From Octopus vulgaris (lineage: Eukaryota), in assembly GCA_951406725.2 (NCBI GenBank), contig OX597832.1, forward strand, positions 56,296,001-56,360,000: a stretch of DNA of 64,000 nt, written 5' to 3'. Position numbers and translations under genes: made by a program. This document shows positions 26,977 to 39,670 of this stretch, one piece after another (positions within the stretch are counted from its first letter, which is position 1; each line of letters opens with the position of its first letter). The notes beneath the pieces are model-generated. The model worked only from the letters and a program-made list of their open reading frames with translations. It searched no databases and had not been told where the DNA came from.

Positions 26977-27358
26977 GGCGCAGGAGTGGCTGTGTGGTAA
27001 GTAGCTTGCCTACCAACCACATCATTCTGGGTTCAGTCCCACTGCGTGGCAACTTGGGCAAGTGTCTTCTGCTATAGCCTCGAGCCAACCAAAGCCTTCT
27101 GAGTGGATTTGGTAGACAGAAACTGAAAGAAGCCTGTCGTATATATGTATATATATGTATGTATATGTATATGTTTGTGTGTCTGTGTTTGTCCCTCTAG
27201 CATTGCTTGACAGTGGTTCGGCAAAAGAGACCGATAGAATAAGTACTGGGCTTACAAAGAATAAGTCCCGGGGTCGATTTGCTCAACTAAAGGCGGTGCT
27301 CCAGCATGGCCGCAGTCAAATGACTGAAACAAGTAAAAGAGTAAAAGAGAGTAAAGAG
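26977..27358 (+). mobile_element. tRNA-derived SINE family A (representative copy)
   Basis: GGCGCAGGAG-TGGCTGTGTGG (A box)...GGTTCAGTCCC (B box), central (TA/TG)n tract, GTAAAAGA tail repeats. More than 20 full or partial copies in the window. Confidence 0.9.
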
Positions 27359-27364
27359 TATATT

Positions 27365-27551
27365 GAGTTGCCATCATAGATCTAGCCACTACACACATTT
27401 TTTTTTCTCCTTGATTTTTCTGTGTCCCTTTCTGTAGAAGAGCGTATGCTTGAAACGTAAAAGACTTTTTTCTATTCCTGAGCGTTATACTAATACATCT
27501 GTTTGTTTTGTACACCACCTGTCTTCGTCTTTTGTTTTTTTCATAAACTCT

Positions 27552-27555
<4 letters not shown>
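27365..27555 (+). ncRNA. Related subfamily relic with a degenerate hammerhead core (27428-27463)
   Basis: CTTT-CTGTAGA-A-GAGC(GTAT)GCTT-GAAA-CG-TA-AAAG; stem I is CTTT/AAAG. Followed by (TA)n. Confidence 0.55.
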
Positions 27556-27600
<45 letters not shown>

Positions 27601-28049
27601 TTTTTGCTAAGACATAGCGATACTAATAAACAGGTTAGAACTCAATACACATTTGCTTCAGAAAAGGTGTCAGCATTGCGCTCTGTGTACATACACACAC
27701 ACACACACACACACATACAGCAATGCTGATACATACAAGGCCCTTCGTTTGTAAGCTGCCGTCAAGATCAAATATACACAAATGATATACACTTGAGAAG
27801 TGTTTGTTTCAACTAATACCTATTTTTCAGTCACTCGACCGTTGTCAAGCTATCAGTGTCACCTTCAAGTCTTTAGTCTACAATATTGATCCAATCACTT
27901 AGTTTGGTGCTGTTTCATTGACCTCAAGAGGGTGTGAAGGAAAGTAACTTGGCAGACCAGAATCATCAAGGGGGAATTTTGTTTGACACTATTCTGATTC
28001 TGCTTTCTACCTTATTATATAGTCAAATCAAATAAATGAACAAGAGGAG

Positions 28050-28150
28050 GTACACATGGAATGTATTAGTTTGATGCTCGGCAAAATGAGAGAATTGTTG
28101 ACATTTCAAGCATAGCTCTTTGTGAGAAACGGAAAAGTCCAAAGAAGGAA
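28050..28150 (-). ncRNA. Heavily decayed hammerhead-type relic (core ~28097-28130)
   Basis: Minus strand: GTTT-CTCACAA-A-GAGC(TAT)GCTT-GAAA-TG-TC-AAC, followed by the same GAGCATC.AA.TAATAC downstream motif as the other copies. Confidence 0.45.
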
Positions 28151-28339
28151 ATATATATATATATAAAGAAGACAGAAAATGGTTCTTGATAAACTCATGT
28201 TTATCCTTGTCTTTACCTATAATTTATGAGCATAATATGCTTACATATGTATGCCCATGGTTAAACAGGTGATATACCAGAAGCGCAATGAATACTTCTA
28301 TCCCTTAGATGGTTATTTTAAGCTCCAACTCAGCTAACC

Positions 28340-28372
<33 letters not shown>

Positions 28373-29488
28373 CTGAGGCAAGCCATTTTCTTTTAGTGCC
28401 TTATTATTTAAGACATTCACTGGTTTGATTTCCACTCATTTTTTCTAAAATTTTCATTGTCTTGCAACCTTTTCAATAGTTGTTGACAAAAATGAAGTGT
28501 GTGTATACACATATATATACACACACACATGCATACATACAGTGCCAATAAAAAGCACCCAGAACACTGTGAAATGATTGTCATTAGGAAAGTGCATCCA
28601 GCCATAGAAAACATGCCAAAGCAGACATGGTTCTCTTGTTCATTGGCTCCTGTCAAATCATTCAACCTATGCTTACATGGAAAATGACATTAAGTAATGA
28701 TATACATACATACACACCTATATACATACATTAATTACCTGTAAGGACATTGTATTTCATTATGCAACTATAATAGACTACCAACAATATTAAAGGCTCA
28801 TATATATAAAGCACAATTTATTCGTGATCAGGTGTTTGAAAACCAAGGTACTATAATACTCATATTTTGAGTTCTATTTTACCTGTCTGCATCATGTGCT
28901 GCTAGACAGACACACAAATACAGATGCATCCCAATTTTAGAATAGACACACTACATATCACATGTTGTGTAGTGTGACTAAAGTTGTTAACAACAGGAAT
29001 AACAACTGACAGTAAAAAAAACGGCTTCAAAGAGAAAAAAAAATCATCTAACTAATGTCGGCAGAAAAAGACATTGCCAAAATAGAGTGTGACAAGAGTT
29101 GTCAAGGCTGGCCATTCATTAACCTACACATAAATGCAAAGGCCTGGGCAAACAAGTTCAGATGAGAGCTGTTCTTGAAATGCAAATTAGAAATGAGCAG
29201 ATAGTAGTAGTTGTTGGGAGATTTTTTTTGTTTTTTGTTTTCCTTTGAAGTACAACTTTGATTTTAACAATTATGCTTGGCCATGAAGGCATGTCACTTA
29301 GTTGGGTTAAGGTATTTGGCTCGAGATTGTGAGGTCATGAATTTTATTCCTGGCAGAATGTTATATACTTGAGCAAGACACTTTATTTCGCATCGCTCCA
29401 GTCCACTCAGCTGGCAAAAATGAAGTGTACCTGTAATTCAAAAGGGCCAGCCTTGTCACACTGTGTAATGCTGAATCTCCAAGAACTG

Positions 29489-29717
29489 TTAACCCTTTCA
29501 TTACTGTATTTATTTTGAGATGCTTTGTGTTTCTTTCAATTATTTTAAATATAACAAAGAATTTAGTAAAATAACTTAGTTATCATTCGGCTAGTGTTAC
29601 GAACATAAATTGTGACTAAAGTTTGGTGGAAGATTTTAATTCAGAACTTTTGAAAACAAGACATTTGTACTACAGGGCCAGAGCCGGTTTCAGCCGGGTT
29701 GGTAACAAAAGGGTTAA
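29489..29717. mobile_element. TTAA MITE family 1 inserted in a tRNA-headed SINE (~29285-29815)
   Basis: TTAA|CCCTTTCATTAC...GGTAACAAAAGGG|TTAA. Confidence 0.88.
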
Positions 29718-30547
29718 GGGTACGCATGTCTGTGGAGTGCTCAGTCACTTGCATGTTAATTTCCTGAACAGGCAGTTCCATTGATTGGATCAATTGGAAT
29801 GCTCATCATCATAACAGACAGAATGCTAGTTTTTTTTTTATGCTTGGCTATTTACCAAAAACCAATGGAGAACAGACAGACATTCTACAGAAATAAAAAC
29901 AGAGTACACAGACAAATTGTATTATTTTTTCCAATTTATTTTCATTTTACTTGCTTTCAGTCTTTCGGGCGTGGCTATACTGGAGCACTGCATTCAACAG
30001 TTTTAGTCAATACTGGTAATTATTTGAGAAATTTTTCTTTATCTAATGACTAAGTCCACCTTTAGTGTAAAGAGATGTAACTCAACACAAACAAGATAAA
30101 GATGTTTGGGTGTGACAGACTAGTTTATAAGCACAAAAAAAATATTCGTCTACCAAAGTTCACTCAGGAGGCACTGGTTATGGCAAAGCTATAGAAGACA
30201 AGTGGGACTGAACATGGAACCACCTGATTGTGAAGCAAACTGCTTAACCACACAGCCACCATGCTATTCATTGTAAGATATTTTTCACTAAATACCACTG
30301 CAAAAACTAAACAGCCAACAGGGACAGTTGAAGTTCTGACAGATAATAACATCACATGAAATGTCAATAAGCATTAAGGTAATCTTCACAAATTAATAAA
30401 ATCCTTATTAATCCTTCAACTAAAAAAAGAGGTAGAAACAGACATGAAGTCCAACCAGCTCTGATAGAAGCCTACCTAAGTAGGTTTCAGTATTAAACCA
30501 ATCTGGGTATTTACTAGAGTACGTTCAAGTGATGAAGAGCTGAAAGT

Positions 30548-30744
30548 TACTCTTTACTCTTTTACTTGTTTCAGTCATTTGACTGCAGTCATGCTGGAGC
30601 ACCACCTTTAGTTGAATAAAATTGACCCCAGGACTTATTCTATCGGTCTCATTTTGCTGAACTGCTAAGTGACGGGGACGTAGACACACCAGCATTGGTT
30701 GTTAAGCGATGGTGGGGAGACAGAGACACAAACAACAAACACAT

Positions 30745-30781
<37 letters not shown>

Positions 30782-30925
30782 CAACGGGCTTCTTTCAGTT
30801 TCCACTCACAAGGCTTTGGTCGGTCCAAGGCTATAGCAGAAGATACTTGCCCAAGGTGCCATGCAGTAGGACTGAACTCGGAACCATGTGGTTGGGAAGC
30901 AAGCTTCTTACCACACAGTCACTCC
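30548..30925 (-). mobile_element. SINE family A
   Basis: Near full-length match to the family consensus seen in the window. Confidence 0.85.
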
Positions 30926-31530
30926 TGAATAAAACTTTAACTCTTTGCCTCTACAAAGCATTTTCCTAAGTTTATTGAAGCACATCCATGCTTGTTTTCA
31001 AACTTTTAGTTAGAGTCCCTGTTTCATTCGGTCTGAGAAATATGAATCTTTCCTTTTTGTAAGTTCCATGTTGCTCTGCTGGTTGAAAAAAACCCAAAAA
31101 AACTGGGAACGTGTATTGTATATGACACCAGTGAAATATGCCCTGTCTACCACATGTAATACACAGGAAAGGCAAAGGGTTAAAACTTAACCAAGAAGAT
31201 TCATTCATTGGCTACTGAGCTGAGAAACAAATTATGATGATTTTGTGTGTGTGTGTGTGTGTACACAAGCATCAAGAAAATCTAGTTGGAGTGGCTTAGT
31301 GTTTAACATCATTCAAACTATGTTTTTAAAATGACCATTCATGCTTTGTTGTAGGTCCACTGTATTTGAGATCAAAGTCTTGAAACATGTGGTTCTTGTT
31401 TTGAAAACAATAGAAAGTATTTTCAATTTGGGTTCCTTCACCAGGCAGAACAGATAACTTTAATAAAATCTACCATGCCAGCACATCTTACATAAATAGA
31501 CATCTCGCTTTCACAATATACATATATATA

Positions 31531-32770
31531 TTGAGTTGGCAAGAAAGTAATTTCGTTTTTCGCAAATAAATAGAGTTATGATTGTTTCAAATGACTTTTG
31601 TCAATGTTATGATTTTTTTTTCTTTTGACATTTGATAGCCGTTACTTTTAGCTTACTTTGGAAGCAAATTGTGCATAATTTTGTTCACAGCTGTTAGTTC
31701 AGTGTCAATTTTAACATGGAGTGCAAAAATGAACATTCTCAATATATCGTTTTGTTGTTTTTATTTCCATAAAAGCAAGAAGGCTGCTGAAGTTCACAGT
31801 GTTAATTGCTTAACAAAATGCACATGTCAGAAATGGTTTTAAAAATTCTGTTCTGGAGATTTTTTACTCAAAGATGACCCATGTTCTAGTTGACCTACTG
31901 AAGATGACCGAATCAAAGCCATAACTGAATCTCATTGTCATACAACTGTGTGAGAGATTGCAGAGAGGTTATGTGTATCACACACAACAACTGAAAATCA
32001 CTTAAAATGTCTTGGACTCATTAAGAAGCTCGATATTTGGGTTCCACATAAAATGAAAGATTCACTTAACACAACGAATCAATATTTGTGATATGCATCT
32101 CAAATGCAATGAAATTGACCTTTTTTTTAAATGAATCATCACTGGAGATGTAAAATGGATTGTCTACAATAACATCAATCGAAAATGATCTTGGTCCAAG
32201 TGTAATGAAACCAGCACAAACCACATCGAAAGCTGAATTGCATCAGAAAAAGGTAATGCTGTCAATTTGGTGGGATTACAAATGTATTAAGTACTTTGCA
32301 TTGCTTCCAAGGGACCAAACAATCAATTCAGATGTTTACTGCCAACAACTAATGAAACTGGAGGACACAATCAAAGAGAAAAGGCCAGAATTGGCAAACT
32401 GTAAAGGAATTGTGTCTCACCATGACAACACTAGACCACACATGTCTTTGCTAAGTCATGAAAAATTATTGGAGCTTGGTTAGGAAGTGATGTCACATCC
32501 ACCATATAGTCCTCACCTTGCACCATCAGATTACCATTTATTTTGAAGTTTGCAAAATTCTTTGAATGGTAAAACTTTCAATAATGATGATGACCTGAAA
32601 TCGCACTTGCTTCAGTTTTTGGCTGAAAAGGACCAGAAATTCTATGAGCACAGAGTCACGGAGTTGCCAGAAAGATGGCAAAAGGGCACTGAACAAAATG
32701 GAAAAAATATATAATAGATTAGATTTCATTCTTTGTATGAAAAAGAATGACTTATTTCATACTAAAAAAC
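31531..32770 (+). mobile_element. Decayed mariner (Tc1/mariner, DD34D) transposon with pseudogenised transposase
   Basis: TA|TTGAGTTGGCAAGAAAGTAATT 5' TIR-like end. Motifs WVPHK (~32038), ITGDVKWI (~32138), KKVMLSIWWD, HHDNTRPH (~32418), HPPYSPHLAPSDYHLF (~32496). Frameshifts and stops; the 3' TIR is replaced by another element. Confidence 0.93.
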
Positions 32771-32960
32771 CATGTGCGTGTACCGGTGCCGATTTTTTTC
32801 CTCCGTCTTCCCTTCTCTGGATCTTTCCTTTTCTTATGTTTCTGACGAAGAGCTCTGCTCGAAATGTTAAACCCTCCTTCTTCCCTTCCTTCCTGAGCAT
32901 CCAATAATACTACATTGGTCCACGTCCTCGGGTTGTTGTGTTTTCATGTATGGATTAACT
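32771..32960 (+). ncRNA. Penelope-like terminal-repeat relic with a minimal hammerhead ribozyme core (32838-32872)
   Basis: GTTT-CTGACGA-A-GAGC(TCT)GCTC-GAAA-TG-TT-AAAC: intact CUGANGA and GAAA boxes, 4-bp stem II, 4-bp stem I. Followed by a (TA)n tract. Confidence 0.7.
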
Positions 32961-34569
32961 ATACATATATATATATATATATGGCAGAGGGAGTGTTGTT
33001 TGGTTATGATGCTGGCTTTCCAGCCATGTGGTCTTTGGTTCAAGTCTCACAAAGCAGCACCTTGAGCAAGTTGTCTTCTACTATAGCCCCAGCCCAACCA
33101 AACTCTTGTGAGTAGATTTGGTAGATGGAAACTGAAAGAAGCCTGTCATGCATGTGTGTGTATACCCTCATCTTGATATCACGTGATAGCTGTAAATGAG
33201 TATCACCATCATACAAGCAGTGCCATTTGTTTCCAGCCCCCCTGTGACAAAAATGTTTGACCATGGGGTACATTAGCTTGCTTGAAAACAGGTGACAGTT
33301 GGTGACAGGAAGGGCATCTGGCCATAGAAAAATCTGCTTCAACAAATTCTGTCTGACCCATACAAGGTTGGACAAGTGGATGTTAAATGATGATCATCAT
33401 CATCCATTAACATCTGTTGGCCATGCTGGCAGACTAGAGAGCTCCAGTCTGATTTGGCATGGTTTCTATAGCTGGATGCCCTTCCTAATGCCAACCACTT
33501 TACAGAGTGGACAGAGTGCTTTTTACATGGCACCAGCACTGGCAAGGTCTGTTTGGAATGGTTTTTATGGCTGGATGCCCTTCCTAATGCCAACCAATTT
33601 ACAGAGTGTGCTAAGTGCTTTTACGTGGTGCCACACGGGCAGTTTTGTGTGACATCGCACAGGTGCTTTTACGCACCACCACAGAAGCCCTTTTACATAA
33701 CACCACACAAGTGCTTTAATGTGACATCATCATCATCATATATAAAATATGGAGCTTAGAATTTATATCAGTGCTGATAGAGTGTGACAAAACTACTTGA
33801 ATCAGTGATTTTTTGAAATAATAGCATAAAATGATAGTCTGTGTATGTATGCATATGCATGGACATACATAAAAATCCATCTAATTGATTGGCAGAGACT
33901 CACTCAATAACACACTGCAACTACTAACCTATAGATGTGCTGTTCTATCACTGTTAGGATGGATTCTACTCACTTCAGATAACAAGTTGCATTCCACTAC
34001 CTCTGTAGAATCCTGCTAAACACTTAGCTCAATCCCTCCCACTTACATTTTTCCTATTGCTAGAAGTAGCAGCCAAAACTCACTCGTTTGTATATTACAG
34101 TCTTGAAAAAAGTGGGGGCCATATTAGATAGTATAGTGCAGGTTATACAGAGTATGAGTAAAAAAAAAGAGCAGGGTTGTGATTTTTCATAATCACAACA
34201 GACCTGGGGTTAAATTATTTGTCTATTTACTCAATGAAATTACCAGTACTTCAAGGAGCACAAGCTGAAACTCAACCATTTGACCTCACTAATCTGAGGT
34301 GACATACAAAGGCCACAGGTTATGTCCTTCTGAATAAGTTAGGAGAGAAAGAGAGAGAGGGAGAGAGAGAGAAGAAAGAGTAACAAACAGCATTTAATAG
34401 AGATAGAGTTTCTTCCTATAAACTATTTGTAAACCTTTGAGTTCATGGCATAATGTATTTCAATAAAATTCAGTTTACATATAAACATATTTTAGCTTTC
34501 AAGTATAATCGTTTCTGACCTATAGCCAAAACTGGTGAGAGGAAAGAAAAAAATTTCAGAAATCATGGC

Positions 34570-34787
34570 TTACTCTTTTACTTGTTTCAGTCATGTGACT
34601 GTGGCCATGCTGGAGCACCACCTTTAGTCGATCAAATCGACCCCAGGACTTATTCTTTGTAAGACTAGTACTTATTTTATCAGTCTCTTTTTTGCCGAAC
34701 CGCTAAGTTCGCGGGGACGTAAACACACCAGCATCGGTTGTCAAACGATGGTGGGGGGTGGGCAAATACAGACACGCAAACACGCAC

Positions 34788-34822
<35 letters not shown>

Positions 34823-34995
34823 TACATACATACGACGGGCTTCTTTCACTTTCCTTCTACCAAATCCACTCACATGGCTTTGGTCGGCCCGAGGCTATAG
34901 TAGAAGACACTTACCCAAGGTGCCACGCAGTGGGACTGAACCTGGAACCATGTGGTACGTAAGCAAGCTACTTACCACACAGCCACTCCTACGCC
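34570..34995 (-). mobile_element. SINE family A, full length, CpG-retaining (young)
   Basis: Complete head to tail with many CpGs intact. Confidence 0.9.
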
Positions 34996-35861
34996 TTGGC
35001 TAGTTCTAATTAAAAAATTTCGTTTTTTTTTTCTTTGTGGTAGTGGGGTTCTCAATTTGAGTTATAACTGGTATGTTGTTGCATCTCTATATGTTTGCAT
35101 TCAAACTTTATTCTTATTTGAAACAGACATTGGAGCAATGTTGACAAAATCTTATTCTGGAAAGAACCACCAACTTACTTGAAAATGCTTATACATACAG
35201 TTTTCACTGTGGGACATATGCTTCATCAGCTGTGTGCAAGAATTTATTTAGGATGAATGATGCAGTATGATATAAGCAGAGGATAATAGAAACATCTGGT
35301 CCAGAGGTTGCAATGTATGACTCAACAAAGTCTGTACTGTTGTGAGAGTTTTGATGCCAACTGAAAACAGAGGGACAAAAGAATGCTACAACACAGTAGC
35401 AGTCTTTTTGTCCCTCTTTTGTCAGGGAAGTAACCACACTACAGTTGCAATAACTCCAACCATACATCAATATTTGCATATTGCATAAGACCAGATCTGG
35501 GTGGCCCTGGGAAGTTCTGGTGTTGCAGTAGAAGGGGCCCAAAACACCAACAGAACTGCTTCTCCAGCTGATGAGACAAAGGCCTCCTAAATTCAGAGAC
35601 GGAGTACAGCAGTACGTTCAGTATACAACTGTTTACCCTAAGAAAGAAAGAGCTAAAAATTGATACTTTCTGACAATATTGCTCCCCCAAATGATGCTGA
35701 AATGCACTGATGCTACCAGAGAATGGTGGCCAACAACAATGTAGCCTTCTTTGGTTCTTCAGTTACTAACTACAGTAACCACACTGCAGTTATAATCACT
35801 CCAATTATTCATCAATATTAAACATAACACATATGCTATGCTGTTCTCTGCAAATAAAATG

Positions 35862-37422
35862 CACTTAAAAATAAAACCTTCAGTATGTCACAGGTTTGCC
35901 ATCATTGTTGTAGACCAATTTACAAGGAAGTCCTTTAGTGATTTACAAGGATTCTTTCATCAGCAACCTTCAAACATTAAACTCACATACTTGATGTTTC
36001 CTCTCTCTTATTCTGTTGTTGCTCCTACCATGGCTTCTGCTTTTATCCTTACCATTTATACCTTTTGTTGCTCTTACCAGAGAGTTCCATCTTCAAGAAC
36101 ATGCACAGAGCACTTTGTGCAACTGTTTGTCTGGAATCCATTTCTATCCATATTGGATAGATGATGATGACTTATTTTCTTCGTGGAAGTGGAAGAATGG
36201 TCTCAGGTGGGTTGATATCAAAAGCGTTTAAAATATAATTTGTCATGGTTTGATTTAATGATAATGTAGCTAATTGTTTCACGGCTGCTTGGCTAATGGA
36301 AGAGACATTTAGCTGCGATTCATTTATTGTAGAAAAAAACTGAGTTGCAGAAATAATAGTTTTATTCTAAGTAATTACCAAAACTGACATGTTTTGGAAT
36401 AAAATTACTTTAGTCTAAAACAATTTCAGTCTATTTCACAGACACAATTATTAAGCAAAATAAACATAAAATAAATGCATCAACAAACACTAGATGTTGT
36501 GAAGATAATTTTAAGACTATCATTATTTGATAGTGTTACAGCTGGGAGCGGGTGGGATGGAGCAGCAAATCTCTTCAAGACTAGTGAAATTGATGCTGAT
36601 AATTACATTGTTTATCAGGAATTGGTAAGCCAAGGGACTGCACTAAGCACCAAGGTTTGCTTTGGCATGGTTTTTACAGCTGTATGCTCTTTGTAATACC
36701 AACATGGATAAAAACAGAGTCCAGATGGATTTCAGAAAGTACTAAGTACATGTTCTTGGAGATGGGACACCCAACCCAGTAAGAGCAACAAGGGGTTTAG
36801 ATGGCAAGGATAAGAGCAGAGGCCATGGTAGGAGCGATAACAAGAGAAGAAGAGAGAGGAAACATCATGCCTGTGCAATAGACTAAAATTGTTTTAGACT
36901 GAAGTAATTTTATTCCAAAACATGTCAGTTTTGGTAATTACTTAGAATAAAACTATTATTTCTGCAACTCAGTTGTTTCTACAATAAATGAATCGCAGCT
37001 AAATGTCTCTTCCATTAGCCAAGCAGCCGTGAAACAATTAGCTACATTATCATTAAATCAAACCATGACAAATTATATGTTAAATGCTTTTGATATCAAC
37101 CCACCTGAGACCATTCTTCCACTTCCACGAAGAAAATAAGAGATGGATTCCAGACAAATGGTTGCACAAAGTGCTCTGTGCATGTTCTTGGAGATGGAAC
37201 TCTCTGGTAAGAGCAACAAAAGGTATAAATGGTAAGGATAAGAGCAGAAGCCATGGTAAGAGCAATAACAGAATAAGAGAGAAGAAACATCAAGTATGTG
37301 AGTTTAATGTTTGAAGGTTGCTGATGAAAGAATCCTTGTAAATCACTAAAGGACTTCCTCGTAAATTGGTCTACAACAATGATGGCAAACCTGTGACATA
37401 CTGAAGGTTTTATTTTTAAGTG
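35862..37422. repeat. Long inverted duplication: arms 35862-36441 and 36871-37422, spacer ~430 bp
   Basis: The arms are reverse complements with about 15 substitutions (by eye) and one ~27-28 bp indel. The ORF track shows mirrored peptides (35838+ vs 37096-, 36016+ vs 37080-). Confidence 0.97.
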
Positions 37423-38789
37423 ACACATGATGAACTTTGGAGGAAAAAAATCTCTCTCCAATATCATATAATAAAAAAAAAACTTATCCAGAAGTTTTTA
37501 ACTAAAACACATGACAAGATCATTAAAAGATATATAAATGTCAACATGCTGCTAGACTAAAATGATTCACCATCACTAGTCTAGGATGCTTTTCTCTGTG
37601 TACAGCACCATCTCATAGATGTGAGTAGTATGTCAGAGTAGGTCTTATCTGAGCTTTGAAGAGGATGAGTAACTGATCAGAGCTGAAGCATGAGCTGGCT
37701 CTGTAGAAGAGGTCAGCAAACTTTTTATGTCACTGGCCTCTTGAAGAATCATTGATAACTAAATTACTTCCAATGTAGTAAATTTCTAAAATCAAAAAGT
37801 ATAATTAATAAAAAAAATTTCTTGATTAGACAATAATAATTCTTTTGTTTTTTTCTCCTTTTTTTTGTCAATAATGCTTTTCAATAATTTTTAACGAAAT
37901 TTTATGAAAACACTCAACTATAAAGAACAATACAAATTTAGTCCGATTATATTGATGTAATTGGAATATTTCATGTGAAATATACCTTTGGTGAATACAA
38001 GTTATTATTTCATTAATATTTGGTTGGAAATTAAATTGTTGTGCTCTTTCAGATTCATTCTGTTTCTCTCCTCCATTAAAAGTGAATGCTCAAAATTGTT
38101 TCAGGTGTTTATTGAGCCCTTGGAGAGCCACACAGACTCCACTCAACCAGGGATCAATACTTACTACTCTGCAACCCCACAGATCTAGAATAATCTTAGT
38201 TCCATGATGTGGTTTTAAATCAAACTACAGAGGAGTCCCGAATATAAAAAAAAAAAAAAAGAAAACTCGCGAACAAGAGGATAATTTAAACACCAAGACA
38301 TCAGTGGTACTGTATTTAGTGGTACCATACACACATTTTGTAAAAGTGACACATGGACACTGAACAAGTGATATATACATAAGTGCTTCTTCAAACTTTC
38401 TGTTCATTCAAGTGGTTTAATTTGCAACTACTTCACTAAGTTGCTTTCATGACCTATCTTTTCTACAGCTAATTTGAATGAACTCTTGAGATTCTGCAAA
38501 ACTCCAGATCAGCAGTTCCAAAACTTTTTCAGGCTGCTGCCCCTTTGACACACAGGCCACATTCCAAGCACCCCCATCCCAACTAACCATCACAGACATA
38601 GAGCTCTTTCTGAAGCGAATTCAAAGCAAATGTATTTCACAAATATAACTTAATCTAATGAACCCATTATTTTGTTGCTTTTACATGAATCACCACCCAA
38701 TTATCACCCCAGTATTTACATGAATCGTTACCCCATTACTGCCCCACTTTTCTTATATTTTTATGTTTTTTGATTTATTATTAGTGTTG

Positions 38790-39670
38790 CTTAATATGTT
38801 TTGCTAAAATTGCTGGTTTTTTTTTTCAGATATGATCAGAAAATGGTAATTAAAATTTATTAAAACGACAGATCTATTGGACTTTCAAAGGGGTCGATTT
38901 GTTGGTGATTGTATGGTAGGCACTAGCGTAACGAAAACAGCCATAAAACCACTACTTTCAAAAACAAACGTTGCAAAAATTTAGAGTGGAGCAAAGACCT
39001 ACAGAATTGGTCCCTAGAGAAGTGGAAGAATGTTATTTTCTCGGACAAGTCATCCTTTACCTTATTTCCAACCACTGGCTGAGTATATGTGTGGAGACAG
39101 CCAAAAGAAGCATTTGACCCAGACTGCTTTCTTCCAACTGTTAAATATGGAGGAGGATCTGTGATGATCTGGGGAGCTATATCTTGGAAATCCACTGGCC
39201 CAATATTTTCCCTTCATGACAGAATCAATAGTCAAGACTATTTAAGCATTTTATGTGATCAAATTCATCATATGGCTGAGGAACTGTTTCTGGAGGGAAA
39301 TGCAATGTTTCAGGATGATAATGCACCAATTCACACACCTAAAGTTGTTACTGAATGGCACGAGGAACATTCTAGTGAAGTTGAACATCTTATCTGGCTG
39401 CCCAGTCCCCAGATCTCAATATTAAACATTTATGGTGCATTTTAGAAAAACAAGTAAGGAGTCGATATCCTCCATCATCATCACTACAAGAACTGGAGAC
39501 TGGTTTAGCTGAAGAATGGACAAAAATTCCTTCGGAATCAATTCAAAATTTGTACAAGTTCATACCTCATAGAATTCACGCTGTAATTACTGCCAAAGGC
39601 GGTCCTACCCCATATTAAAATAAATTTGTTTCAAATTTTAATGTGTTTCCATTATTTTGTCCAACCCCTG
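38790..39670 (+). mobile_element. Decayed Tc1-like (DD34E) transposon, internally deleted
   Basis: DLLDFQRGRFVG N-terminus; KNVIFSDKS, YGGGSVMIWGAIS, FQDDNAPIH and W-P-SPDLN-like motifs; 3' TIR ...CCATTATTTTGTCCAACCCCTG|TA. Confidence 0.92.

Noticed and set aside
29050-29125. Further possible terminal exons (VNEWPALTTLVTLYFGNVFFCRH*; also ~17570-17663, ~10570-10670, ~560-773)
   Set aside because: Acceptors are weak or ambiguous and such short frames are expected by chance in AT-rich introns; not listed as features without RNA evidence.
35195-35236. Minus-strand CTGATGAA...GAAA motif
   Set aside because: Stem II is only ~2 bp and there is no valid NUH/stem III geometry. The CTGATGAA at 46351 and 37321 likewise lack a paired GAAA box.
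35385-35830. Diverged ~60-bp direct repeat (35429-35485 vs 35774-35830)
   Set aside because: Short and degenerate; probably an old local duplication with no interpretable structure.
35838-37467. Duplicated small gene pair (108 aa / 123 aa ORFs)
   Set aside because: The mirrored ORFs simply reflect the inverted duplication; no splice or domain support, and the indel shifts the C-termini.
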